Origin: Octopus vulgaris
Lineage: Eukaryota
Assembly (NCBI GenBank): GCA_951406725.2
Contig: OX597826.1
Location: 38,998,001-39,062,000 of the forward strand
DNA length: 64,000 nt
Reading direction: 5' to 3'
The notes beneath the pieces were generated by a model that saw only the letters and a list, made by a program, of their open reading frames with translations, made no database searches and was not told the DNA's origin. How positions within the stretch are numbered: the first letter of the stretch is position 1; the number at the start of each line of letters is the position of its first letter. This document shows positions 14,168 through 28,395 of this stretch, piece by piece. A program made the translations under genes and the position numbers.

Positions 14168-17100
14168 GCACACACGCACATATATATATATATACACACA
14201 CACACACACGCACGCACACACATATATATATATATATACACATACATACACACACATACACACAACCATCATCATTTCAACATACCTTTACATGCTTGCA
14301 TAGGTGAGGTGCAATTTGTTTAGGTGGATTGCTGCTTGCCCTTCCTGTCACCAACGTTCATGTGATCCCAATAAGGTAATATTTCCCCATGATTTTACAG
14401 AATATTGTAAGTGGAGTACACTACTTGCATGATGCTGACACTTGTTTGCAACTATTATGTGATATGGCAGGGAGGTAATAACACATACACGTGTGTGTGT
14501 GTATACATACATGTGCATGTATGTTACTACCCCTCTTGCCAAGATAGTGCATATGGTGAGTCTTTCAGTTTCTGCCTACCAGATCTACTCATAAGACTCA
14601 AGGCTGTAGTAAAAGACACTTGCCCAAGGTACCACACAGTGGGATTGAACCCAGAACCATATTGTTGGTGGAGAAAATTTCTTACCACATAACCACACCT
14701 GCACCTAGACACACACACATGTAAAACTTTTTGGCATGAAAATGAATTTGAATAAAAGCTTATATTACAAGTTACACTTGGAAAAAGCATGTGTGAAACC
14801 AAAGATATTAGTAGGAGATGAAGTATTAAAAGTGGTGAAATCCTTATCTTGGAAGAATGTGGTCATGTACCAGTTTGGAGAAAAAGATCTTACACAGAAT
14901 GAAGAAGGCTTTGACAGCTTTTGGAAATCTGGAAAGCAGGCTTTGATCACATGGGAACAGATTAAGCTCAAAGATATCCTCTTATAAAATTAGTGTGCTC
15001 TCAGCTTTATTGTATGTCTGTGAAACTTGAATGATCTACTAACACCAATTTAAGATGATCAAATGGTTTCACCAATGCTGTTTGAGACATATTCAGTTTG
15101 AAGTGGGCCACACATATCCTGGACACCAAAGTTCTAGAGAAGGCTCAAATGACTGGCATTGAAGCCACCATCATTTGGTGTGTTTTAAGGTGGGGTGAAC
15201 ATCTTGTTCAGCAGCGTAATATGAAAATTCCAAAGTAAGAGGAAAGCCTCACAACCCAGACAGCAGTAAAAGACCTTAAGATGAACTTGAGAATTAAGAA
15301 TCTGGAAAAGCAATCATTGGTGGTGTAGCATTATTTGAGAGTAAAAGAATTCAGCATGCATCTTTTGTTGTAGTTTGACTTCTATTTTGTTATCTTCATA
15401 TATATATTCAGTAGTTTGAGGGTGTATCCATCAGATATGATATAATTAAGATGACTAAATATGTTGTGTGTGACATGTATGCCTCTTTCAATTAAACTAG
15501 TTTCTTTTTCTACCTGCTGTTGGTAGAATGACAAGAATAGTCAAATACATTTTTGTGTAGAAAAGATCAATTTCAAAGATAGTTTCAGTTGATTCTTTTT
15601 ATTCTATGGATGTATACAATTACAATTGCATGTAAATACATCAGGTGTAATCTTCCTTTGTCAATGAAAAGAAACTGGAAACATATTGTATAGTAGAATG
15701 TTATTTCTAGTTTTTGTCTAAAAGTTTATCTGTCAAGAAGTGACAATTCTATTGCTGATCTAGTCCATTGAAACTACGCTATAGAAAGAATTAGGTTTAT
15801 GACTTAAGATCATTTTAGAGAAGTATAACATCTCATATCATTAATGCAAGAACGTCAAAATACAACAAGGAATGTATATGAGTTTGGGTGACATAGTTTC
15901 CAGAAGGCATGCTATCCACTAACTAAATTTGGAAAATGCCCTGGATTTTATAACTTCTCATGGATGTTTCTAGGAGTGTTAGAAAATATCATTTAGAATA
16001 ATTCTGGCTAAAACCTAGAATGATTTTGGCTGAAATCTTTTCAACCAGTGAGAGAACTTGTTTTAAATTAGTTTAGTTTATATTTACCTATAAGCCGCCG
16101 AAATAAACAGCTTTTACTACACATCATACAAAACAGCAGTTCAGAAGATGAAGTAAGCAACATGAAGAGCTGTAAGCAAAAGTAGTCAGTATGTGGAAGA
16201 ATCTGTCTTTGTGTTGCTAGTTTCAAGAGCCACGTAAGAGAGCATGATAATATGAAGCAGCTGCAGTCTTCCCAGCAACTTAGTTTTAAATGCAGTATGT
16301 GTAGCAAAGTGATGAACTCAAAAGCTGGCATGAAGAATTATTTATCAAGTCAAGTAAAGAAAGAGGCTCAAGAAGTTCCAAGATATCATATTCAAGGACT
16401 AGTTGACAACTAATATATTCCTAACCCCCCCCCCCCCCATTACCACTCCCAGCTTCTCTCCTAAAATGTGAGCAATCATGTAGCTTCACAGCAAGAAACA
16501 TGCTGTGCTCTAACCCTTTTCTCTCCTGCTTTATCCCCCTTCGCTTCTTATTCTCTTACTATAAAGTTGCTTCCTATTCTTGTAGTTTGAAAGAGATATG
16601 GTGATATGTCCAAGTGAACAGGAAGTTTTGTGTACATGTGTATACACACATACATACACTTGTACATGAGTTATTTGTGTCTCCTTGTCTTGACACTGCA
16701 TGATAGTTGTAAGCAAGTGTTACCATCATAAATTGGTGTCCTTCTTTCCAATCCTTTGTGAAAACATGTCTGGCCATGAGGAAATATTTCCTCATGTAAA
16801 AACAGGTGAGTGTTTGTAATAGAAAGGGCATTTAATTGTAGAAAATTTGCCTCAAAAGATAATTCTGTCCAGCTCAAGCAAACATAATATAAAGTGGACA
16901 CCAGAACAATTTTATATATAATTTGTGTATCTAACTTCAGGGATGAAGAACAGCCAGAAAAAATTACTGATGAGGATGCTGTGAAGCCTTCTGGTTGGCT
17001 TGATGAAGAACCAGAAGATATTCCAGACCCTGATGCTGAAAAACCAGCTGACTGGTATGTTAACTTTGAAATTTAGAAGTATGTATGAGGCGTAACATTT

Positions 17101-20100
17101 GTTGTTGGCAAAGTTTGGGCTTGTTTACATAGACCTGCCGTTACTGGCATTCAGTATAATATGACTTGAACAATAGAAGTGAGGTGGGTGCATAGTAGAT
17201 TGTAAAGGAATGAGACAGGTTGTGGATGATGCGATGTGTACTTGGTTGGAGTGATGTTACAGGCAAGGGTTGAAGAAGAGTGAGAATAATCCAAGTATAT
17301 GAAACAGTGCTGTTCGGACAGCATAAGAAAGAAACTACTTGGTTATTATCTAACTGAAAGTGACATTGTGCAGATGGAAAATTATTACCTTGAAAGCATG
17401 ATGGCTGTCTGTTACATTGTGGTATTTGTCCTTCACTGAATTAAACATGCCATGAACCAATGGCTGGTCCAGTGGAAACCGTTTACAAATGCTATTGTTC
17501 AATTGTTTTTTGAAAACAAATGGTTGCTCATACAGGCACTATTGATATATCCTTTATCATCATCATCATTTAGCATCCGTTTTCCATGCTAGCATGGGTT
17601 GGACGGTTCAACTGGGGTCTGTGAAGCCGGAAGGCTGCATCAGGCCCAGTCAGATCTGGCAGTGTTTATAGTTACAGTAATTTGGTAAAAAAAATTTTTC
17701 ATTTATATTTTAAGGTTTTTTCAAATGACAAGATGTCAAACATATTTTAATAATTTAAAAATTACCTAAAATCAATTAACTGAAGTTTTCTCTCTGAATT
17801 TGCAGATGTTTGTATTTCTACTTTTGTATGAATTTAACTTCTGGCCAGGTTATTTTTACTTGTCTTTCTCTTGATCATATAGGGATGATGATATGGATGG
17901 AGAATGGGAAGCTCCCTTGATCTGTAAGTAATTTCTCATTTCTGTAATTATTTTTACAAGATATTATTTATTTTTTTTGTTTGAAATGTGTTAAATTGTA
18001 GTAATGTTTTAAGAAAATAAATTTCACAACTAAATAACATAATTTTGTTGACCTACACAAAGAACACATTTTTCATAATATATGCTATAACTTTTTTCAT
18101 TTTTATAAATTTAGCTAACCCAAAATGTGCAGATGCACCTGGTTGTGGTGAATGGAAACCAGGTATGATTGATAATCCTAAGTACAAGGGCAAATGGAGG
18201 CCGCCAATGATTGACAACCCAAATTACCAGGTAATTTTTTTTCTTATTGATAAGAAAGGGAAGATGCTGTATCCATGATTTTTTAAAGTATCTTTGAAAA
18301 TTTTGGTATGTGATGGTGGGTGTGAATTATTTAGGAATTTTCTTTGTAGGATTTCTGAAACTTTTGGGAGCTTATGGGTAGAGGAGACAACTCGGGTATT
18401 CACCCTTTTAAGGCTTTTCAGATGATGGGAGTTGGGTAGCGGGCAAAGCAATTCTCTAGTTTCTGTCTGCCCAGAGATTTCTGTGCATACTTGTGATGAT
18501 GGATTCCACTAAAGGCAATTAAGAGCCAAATCTGGGCAAAAACAAAAGAAAATGTAACTGGATGAGTTAGCTATTCTGGTATTAGGGTTAATTTTTGTCT
18601 TCCATACCACTTTGTTGGTCAAATAATTACCTGTTATATACTAGGGTTAAATTCAGTTAACCATCTAAATATTCTCTTCTATAAAAATTGACCTCCAGGT
18701 GAATTAGTAAACAGAAAGTAATATAGCTGATGTAATAGAAACTGATATTAAAATGAATAATAAACTTATACTAATTCTGCCTGTTTTTTTTTTGATGGTC
18801 TGATCTGAGAATGACTTTTGTTCCTAGCAAATCTAAAGAATGTTTTCTATCCTTTATTGTCTCTATTCATTATCAGTAGAGACATTGTCCCCTCTTCTCT
18901 ATGTATCTCTGTTTATTCTTTTCTTTTCTTTCCACTCAACTGAGTGGGTAGAAGTGGTCAGAAAGGGCTATTAGATGATAGAAAGGAGAATGAGGGAGAG
19001 AGATGATAGTATAAAGGTTGTTGGTAAGGAGATTAAATAGGAACATGGCAAAGAGAGTGGTAGGAGAGAGCCAGTGCAAGAGAGTGATAGAAGGGAAATT
19101 AATGGAAAATAGTGATAGACTGCTTCATGATGGATGAGGTAACAATGAGAAGAAAGTGTAAAGAGAAAAAAGAAAATAATGGTATGCAATAGTGACGGGG
19201 GTATTGGAAGCGATATTGAATTGAGACAAATCCAGTATGTTGCAATTGTCATTTCACAAGTGGCAGGATGAGAGAAAGCGATAGTGCTAGGAGCCAATAG
19301 ACAGAAAAAAAACCCCACTTATAAATATATTGAATATCCCAGCCTTCATCACTTGTTATTTTTGATGGTTGTACTGGTGGGCAAGACTTCTCTAGTACAG
19401 CATTTATCTCTTCATGAATTCTGCCTCTTGAGATCAGGTTTTGCTACATATTAGGTTTTCTGCGGGTTTCCTTTCCACAGATTCCATTTACTTTGAACAC
19501 TTGCTCCTTTCTATAGCCTGTGTTCTCCCTACATGTCACATAGCCATATCAGTACTATCTTGATCCCTCTTGTTTCCTATTTTTCTCTCAGTTCATTTGT
19601 GCTCTGCTGTATGTATACTAGCATTACAGATCCACCTTAGCATTCTTACATCATCACTTTCTTGCTTTTCCATATCTTCATTCAAGGCTCACATCTTGTT
19701 ACTATGCAGCATCCCACTTCATACACAAGTATCATATAATTTGCACTTTACTGAGAACAAAAGTAATAGATTTTAATGAATTTTTTTCTACCTTGTTCTG
19801 ATACTGGCTGCTGTGCTTTCTCAACCCTACTTCCCTTTTCACTACTGATTTATTCACACACATAACAAATGTTATCAACTACTTCTAAGTAGTCTTCTAA
19901 GCATTTGAAAGAATCTATTTGACTTGTAGTTTATTACTAACTCTTATACATCTCCCTTATACAAAATCTACCTTTTCTGTCAGCCTGCTTGTGCTTCCCC
20001 TACAGCTCTTGTGTGCACTTAATTTACACTGTGTACACCGTAAAGAATTTCTACTTTATCTCTACATATTGAACATAGTCACTTTTCCAATGGCTGAAGA

Positions 20101-23100
20101 ATCCTGTTTTCATTCCTGCTAATTAAAACTTTTAGTCGTTGGGCAATTAATAGATGTTATCCAAATTTTCCTCTAATCACACTCTACTATCTTATGTATG
20201 CATAAACCAACAAGCAAGATCTTCAGTGGTTAATTCTTCCTCAAATCACATCCTCATGGTTGTAGGGCTGAGCAGCTGTTGTTTGGCGAATGCTGAACGT
20301 TGAACATTTGACTCGAGGAGTTGGCAGTTGTCTTTCATTGTGTGTTATTGCCCGCGTTCAGGGTGGGAGTGGTTTGGTTTTGGGGCTGGACCTGCCGCCC
20401 CCTTTTATTTTAACTGAGATTGTTTTAATTGAGCATCACTGAGTGCCTCTGTTAATATATCATCATCACACATACATAAATGTATATATGTGCATAAATA
20501 TGTTTTATATATATACCTTTCTCTCTCTCTTTAGGGTATATGGAAACCTAGAATGATTCCAAATCCTGATTATTTTGAAGACTTGAATCCTTATCAAATG
20601 ATACCTATTGTAAGTGGAGTATTTAATTTTGTTCAAAAGTAAAAAAATAAACATTAACCCACCCCTTCTTTCTGCATCAGTGGTTCTTAAATTGTATACT
20701 GTAAAACACTGTAAGTATGCCTGGATTTAAAAAAAAATATATAATTTAGGAATTTAGAAAATTCATATTAATGTCTTTGAAAACATAAGATGCTTATATA
20801 GCAGTTGGGAAGTTTGCTTCCTCAGCAACATAGTTTTGGGTCTGTCTTTGCATAACACAATGGAGAAATTTCTTCTACACTAGTTTCTAGCCTAACATTG
20901 TTTTGTGAGTAAATTAGGCAGACAGTGATTTCCATGTGTACGAATGATTACATTCTGCATTCACATATAAATAGTTACGGAGATGTACTCGCATAGCAAG
21001 TAATTTGATCTGAGATCGTGTGCAGCACGGACTTTATCAGTGAACAGGTCGCGGATTTTAGCGACGAAAATATTTTGACAAATTAAACTTAAATGTTGGA
21101 GTGAATCGAACGGCTTTTGTGTGTTTCTTAAATGGCTTATAAACACCTTCCACGCTGCAATTGTTTTCATATAAATAGTGCTGAGCACAAATGGTGAATT
21201 TTGTTGACAGTTCTTTGACATAAGACATAAGAAATTTAAAAAATCCCTTTAATGCCAAGAAGGGGATCTAATTATAAAGCAATACTTTAGTAGTATATAC
21301 TCATCAAACCCATGCAAGCATGGAAAAAAAAGCAAGAGAAATGAACAAATTTGAATGATAGAAAACCACTGCTCTATGTACTCACTGGAAATGCAAAATT
21401 ACTTCAAAAATTGATATCCTCTTATTTGACCCCCCCCCCATCAGATTTGATGGAGATTCATTATGCTTTTACTTAATTTTGAAAATTTCTTTTTCAGGGT
21501 GCTGTTGGATTAGAGTTATGGTCTATGACTGATTCTATCATGTTTGATAACATTCTTATAACAGACAACCTTGCAACAACTACGAAATGGACTGAAGATA
21601 CGTTTGCACTAAAACAAGCTCAGGAAAAATCTTCCATTTCTGGTGTAAGTTGGATAAGTCTTCTTACTGATAAAAATCTGTTTGCATCTACAGCTACTTT
21701 AAATGTTTCTGTTAGTTCATCCAAAACTAAATTTGTGGTAAGGCAGTGGTTGACAGAATTGTTAGTACATTGGGCAAAACTGCCTTCATGTTTTTTCAAA
21801 TCCTACACTGAAATCAGATTTGCCTCTCATTCTTCTGGATTAGATTAAATTACATACCAGACAAGTACTGAGATTGTTTTAATTGACTCTACCTTCCTCT
21901 TTAATATGTATCATTCCAATGTTAGAAGTCTGTAGTTATGAATTTTAAATGCTTTATATTAAGGCAACGTTTTACATCATCATCTTCATTTAGCATCTGC
22001 TTTCCATACTGGCAAGGGTTAGGCAGTTTGACTGAAACTGGTAAGCTGTAGAGCTACATCAGGTTCCCATCTGATTTGGCATGGTTTCTACAGCTGGACG
22101 CCCTTCCCAATGCCAACCACTCCAAGCATGTAATGGGTGCTTTTTATGTGCTGTTGTATTTTCGGGTTCTTATTTTGTTGTCTTCATATATATTCTGTGG
22201 TTGATGATGTAATCCCCCAGATATATATTTAAGTTGACCTAATATGTTGTGAGTGACATATATGTGTCTTTCATTTAAAACTGATTTCTTTTATTACTTC
22301 CTGTTGGTAGAATGACAAGAATCGTCAAATAAATTTTTGTGGAGAAGTGTTAAAAACTCAATTTCAAAGATATTTCCATTTGGTTCTCGTTTATTTTACC
22401 ATGTTTAATTATAATTGAATATAAATACATGCTAGCATAGAAAGCGGACGCTAAACGATGATGATGATGATAATCTCCCTTCGTCAATAAACACGTGAGA
22501 AAACTTCGTATAGCAGGAAGGTCTACATTTTTGTCTAAGAGTTTATCTACCACAAAGACATAACAAGAATTAAATTACCTTTCTATTTCATTGAAACTAA
22601 ATTAAAGAAAGCATTAGATTTATGACTTAAGGTCATTATGGAGGAAAGCAACGTCTTGTATCATTATAGCAGGAACATTAAAATACAAGACATGTATGTG
22701 AGAGTGAGTAACAGCTTCCAGAAGCCACGCTATCCACTAACTAAAATCGGAAAAAATTCAGGCTTTTATAACTTTCCGTGGAAGTTTCTAGAAACATTCT
22801 GAAATATCTTTTAGAATAATTCTGGCTAAAACTTAGAATGATTTCAGCTGAAATTTTTTCAACCAGTGAGAGAACTTGTTTTAGATTAGTTTAAAACAAA
22901 GCTTCCAAAATAAACAGCTTTGACTATGATTTCATTTGTCTTGATGAGTCTTCTCAAGCATGGCATATCGCTAAAGGTGTCAGTCACTTATCATTGCATC
23001 CATGAGGCCCAATGTTCAAAGGGTGCTTTTTATGTGTCACTGGCACTGTTGCCAGTTATGCTACACTAGCATTGGTCATGTATGATTTCACTTGACTTGT

Positions 23101-24894
23101 CATGATAGTTTTTTCTGACTCTTAGTATCACAGTATCAACCAGGCCATCAGATGTTGTTATACTCCACTGGTCACAATGCACTTCCAGATCCCAATTGCT
23201 TTATCAGATCATCTCCCTATTGTTGTGAAGACATTCCAAGTGACCTTTTGTGATCTTTCGGCTATTACTCAACAACTGCCCAAGTCCACCTGTTGTCTGT
23301 GAACCTTGTGACATGTATGGCCCAGCAGAACTAGTGCTTTTGGTACTCTGTGATCACATCATTCACTCACTCCATTTTTGAAGTATCTCATTTCAAATGT
23401 GCTCCCTTAATGATATTCCTAACATGGATCTTTCCATGGCCCTTTGCATTATTGCCAGTTGATGTTCTATTGTCTTCGTTGTGGCCCATGTCTCAATATC
23501 ATATTAGAGCACAAGTAGGACAATGCTTCTGAAGTATCTGGCACATATGGCAGTTGCTAGCTTTGTTTTGAGCCCATCTTTTATTGAGTTAAATACCTGA
23601 AAAAACTAAATGAGTTTGTCTTCAAGGAAAAAGTGAGGCAAAATAGCTCAAAATGAAAGTTTCTTTTGTTTAGCTTAAAAATGGAACCTATTAATCCTGA
23701 GCTCTAAGGATCAGGCATTTTTGTGATTTCATCATCACCATAGTCCCACTGCATGGTACCTTGGGCAAGTGTCTTATACTATAGCCTTGTGTTTGTCCCC
23801 CTACCACCATCGCTTGACAACCAATGTTGGTGTGTTTACATCCCTGTAACTTAGCAGCTCGGCAAAAGAAACCAGTAGAATAAGTACTAGGCTTACAAAG
23901 AATAAGTCCTGGGGGTAATTTGTTCAACATGGCCAAAGCCAAATGACAAACAAATAAAAGAATAGTTTTAACGTCTATTTATCAGCTCTTATCAATATTT
24001 ATGATTATCAGTTATTTATGTTCCTGCAAATAATGACAAGTGATACAAAGCTGTGATATATAAGGGTGCACTGGGTAAATCATCGCCATTTTATATTTTA
24101 AATTTCGTGCATGTGCCTTGTTTTTGGTTTTGTTGACTACACAGTATAGTAGGGTCAGTTGGACACCATCTGTGAGAAAAATAGTACCATGACACAATTC
24201 ATTCTGCCTGAAATTTGGAAATGACATACTGTACTGCTTGGCATTTGTGTCGGAAGGTCCAATACAAACATTTGAAAGTATTTGGGAGTCAATCTGAGGA
24301 GCAAGTGTGATAAAAAATCAAACATCCAGTCAACATCATGGTGTTTGGGGTGGTCTCTGGTGATGGTGACGTTATGCCACCATTCATCTTCCCACACGGC
24401 CTCAGTCTCAACATGGAGACTTACATCAAGTGTCTGGAAGAGGTAGTGCTGCCCTGGGTCAAGAGGGTGGCTGCTGGAAGACCCTCTGTCTGGCAGCAGG
24501 ACTCTGCACCCTGTCACACAAGCAGAACCCAGTCATGGTTTTCAAATAATTTCTGTGACCATATCACCCCTAACATCTGACCACCTAACTCCCCACACTG
24601 CAACTCCCTTGATTATTATGTGTGAGGTGCAGTTTTGTTAAAACTCTTTGTAACACCAAAGGCAGGGATTATGGCAGCATTCACCAACTTACAAAAGAGA
24701 TTGTCCAGAAGAGTTACAAGTGATTCCGAAGTTGTCTGGAGGCCATGATTTGAAGCCAATGGTGATTTTATTGAATAAATTTACTCTTTAGTATTTGAAG
24801 ATATTTTTATGTAACTTTAGTAAATGTATCTGTTAAAATGAGATGTCATTGTTGTTTTTATTTTCATGTAATTTACTTGACAGTTTATTCACTG

Positions 24895-24963
<69 letters not shown>

Positions 24964-27900
24964 AATAGGTGAATGAATTATCCTATGTTTATCGTCAGCA
25001 TGGAAAATTCGTTTAACCGAAACCTGGGTAGCAAATTCACGTCAGAAACACGGTTGAAGCGACCTGTCCATATATATATATATATATTGATACAGTAACA
25101 ATATTCTCAAGGTTTTTTGTGGCTAATCAGTAACTGTAATTACATTTAGCTATAAAATAAGACAAAAAATATTATTTTATTGCTTTTGATTTTAATATTG
25201 CAATTGAATGGCATGTTAGTAGAGCTCTCACCTGCCAGCAGAAGGTTCATCAGCTCATACCCTGACAATGATATTGTGCAGTGTTTATACAATTATAAAA
25301 TGTCAAGACCATTCAATTGTATATAGGTATCATGTGCAGGTTTAATTTACTGCTATAAATCCTGTGGGCTGTGTGTATCAGACGTGTTTGGTTAGCTTGA
25401 AGTATTAAGCTAATATTTTTCCATGGATTTTGAGAAGTTCAAAATAATCAAAATTTCCTTGTGACCTTTTTGTTAAAACCACAACCTTGAATCACTGTCT
25501 AAATAATGAAAAATTATATTCAGTGGTTCCCCAAGAACTCAATGGGTTATGGAGTATTACTTTTTACTTCTCTAATTTATGTCAACTTTCTTCAATTAAA
25601 TGCTTCTCTGTTTCAGAAAAGTGTAGTGCAAGCTGTTATTGATGTGACTAATGAACGGCCTTGGCTATGGGCCGTATTCATTGTTGTTGTTTTGCTTCCT
25701 ATTGTACTTGTTATTGCCTATTGCTGTGTAGGCAGCTCAGCAAAGGTAAGCTTTCCCTTTGAAAATAGCTGGTTTGCATTGCATGCAGCTGCATACCCAG
25801 TTTTTTCTTTATCTTCTAAAATACTAAAGCCTTTGTGTGTACATGAAAAATGTGTGTGGCTCTGTTTAAAGCCCCAGTTTTTCTGTGCAATATAACTTAC
25901 TGCTCTTGGAGAATATGTCTGGATATTAAACCCATTTCTGGACACTGCTTAAATATTTGTGACTAACGCCTCCCTTCCCCAATGGCAAGATATTTCCCTT
26001 TCAGCATTCTACTTATCACTGTCTCACTGATTCATGTTTTGTCACATTTAAAAAAAAAGATTTGGTTTTGTTTTCTGTATACAGGAAAGTAACTATTTCA
26101 TGATGTTGATGAGTAAACTTTCATTTGCTGCTGAAGACAATCCCTGGTTAATTGTTACATATGGAATGATTATTGTCATTCCTATCATACTACTGTCTCT
26201 CTACATTATCTCTAGAGGAGGGAATCAAGAGGTAGTTTATATGTTGTGGCTGCATTGTCCAGTATTTTCTATACTAGTTGCAGTAGTTGCCCAAGTATAG
26301 CCTTCACATTGCTTTTTACTCCTATTTGCCTCTCTCCGATATAATTGTTCATTCAAAACCTGCAGTTTAAGTACCCCACTGTTAGATGTAGTCATTATAT
26401 TGTTTTTGTGCACTGGTTAAGAATTTTGTTAATGTTAAGAATTTTGCAACTGTGATCCAACTTCATGGCAACTTAGGGCAGATGTCTTCTACTATAGCTG
26501 TAGGTTGATTAATATCTTGTCAGTGCTGGGAAACTGTCATTATGTGTATCTTTCTATACTGGTCAGAGAAACTGGTGCTTTACAAATGAAGACCTTTGAA
26601 ATATTTGTTCTACATCAAGTTTATAGATACACCTTTACTACTTATTCTTTCAGAAATAGAGTGAGCAGTGGTTGGCCTGTCAAAAGCTTGTGGCTACCAA
26701 TGCTCCAGTTGTGATATATAAAACAATATGTACAAGTACTGCAAAGTAGTAGTGAACTCTATCTTGGGCTGAGTTTGTGGTGAAACTTAAATTACCAGCT
26801 GACATATAACACCATGTACATGCTATTTTCAGTGCCTATCAAGCTAGTCCTCCTCAGATAAGTTGGAAGGATGTGTCTTGGTTTGTTTACTCCATTATGG
26901 CAAAGTTTCTGTTATTGTATGCCCTTTCTATACAATTCAGAGTATACTTATTATGATACTAATACTACAGAGGTTACTTTGTTCCCTGCAAGACTAAAAA
27001 GTACTCTTGGCTTTACATTCAATGCAAACATGACCAAGAATGTGAATAGGAAAAGTGTGATAATCAAGAGGGTGAAAGAAGCAAGATTATAACTATCATG
27101 GTGCAAACAGGGTGGTAGGGGGAAGTGATAGGGAGACTAACAACTATAGCACTAAATTTTCCCAGTTTTCAAAATAGTTTACACCCTCAAATCTTGTCCT
27201 CTCCCAGCACATTTCATGTACACATCACTGGCACATTGTAATCTGTTCGTGTTTTCCTTTACCAGCAATGATATTGTACATATATATGTGAGTGTTGTGT
27301 GAAAGAGAAATGCTATAACAAAACTTTGCACTAAATATTTACCTAGTATCTACTATTTTGAATGTATATCAGATGTAATGTAAACATTATTAGGGTACTG
27401 TCATAAATTCTGTGAGTTGTAAATGTTTTGTTGAGGATCCTTATAAATAATGAACACAGTCATTTTCATGAATTTTAATGTTAAATGATTTTAGTCTATT
27501 AATAAAAATAACCCAAAATAGTCTGATGAATGAATAAAGAATTTGTTTCCTGAAAGAATTTCTAAACTAATCCCAATTTAAGAGACTATAAAAACAGCTG
27601 CTGTTTTATCATATTTATTAAGTTGGTTTCAGTTTTGTTGTTTAACCCTTTAGTGTTTAAACTGGCCAAATCCGGCCCAATATATTCTACATATTTTATA
27701 TTCAAACTGGCCATATTTAGCCTCTCACACCTAACCTACATTGACATTCTAAAAATAAACAATCACATCATTGAAACCTCAAAGCTATAAGGTAATGCAT
27801 GATTAATTCAAAACAATTTAAATAAAAAAGCATTACATTTAACAAAGTAATCTGAACACTAAAGGGTTAAAGAAGTTATATATTTAAAGATTTTCTTTGA

Positions 27901-28361
27901 TGTTAAATGGAGTTGAAAGAAATATAAATTAGAACAGTTAAAACAGAATGGTGTTTGATATGCATATATATTATTATCTCAAAGAAGAAACTTCTGATCA
28001 GTATTGTTGATAGGTATTGGAAAAAAGAAAACCTGTGTTTGAGTATGAAGGACATAATTGAATATGTATGTGGGCGTGGCTAAGTTGTCACTTGCTTCTC
28101 TTCTGTTTACTACAGGGCATCTCTAGCTTTTGATGTTATATGTTTAACAGTTTATATAGAGAAGTTTGCTTCTAATATTTATTCTCACATTGCTTCAAGG
28201 ATGAAACTGCGGAGAGGAAGAAAACCGATGCGCCATCACCTGATGACAAAGTTAGCGATGATTCTGGCAAGGCGAAAGGTGATTCTGAGGAGGTGAAAGA
28301 AGATTCTGAGAAGAAGAAAGAAGATTCTGATAAACCTGCAGATGAAGGTAATCAAGAAGAA

Positions 28362-28395
<34 letters not shown>

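Noticed and set aside
14059-14323. ORFs rich in [12 protein letters not shown] (also near 29855, 31627, 36160, 43600)
   Set aside because: Translations of dinucleotide microsatellites.
22610-22720. LHNDLKS kinase-like motif on the minus strand of the duplicated repeat
   Set aside because: Followed immediately by stops, broken in the other copy, and no other kinase motifs.
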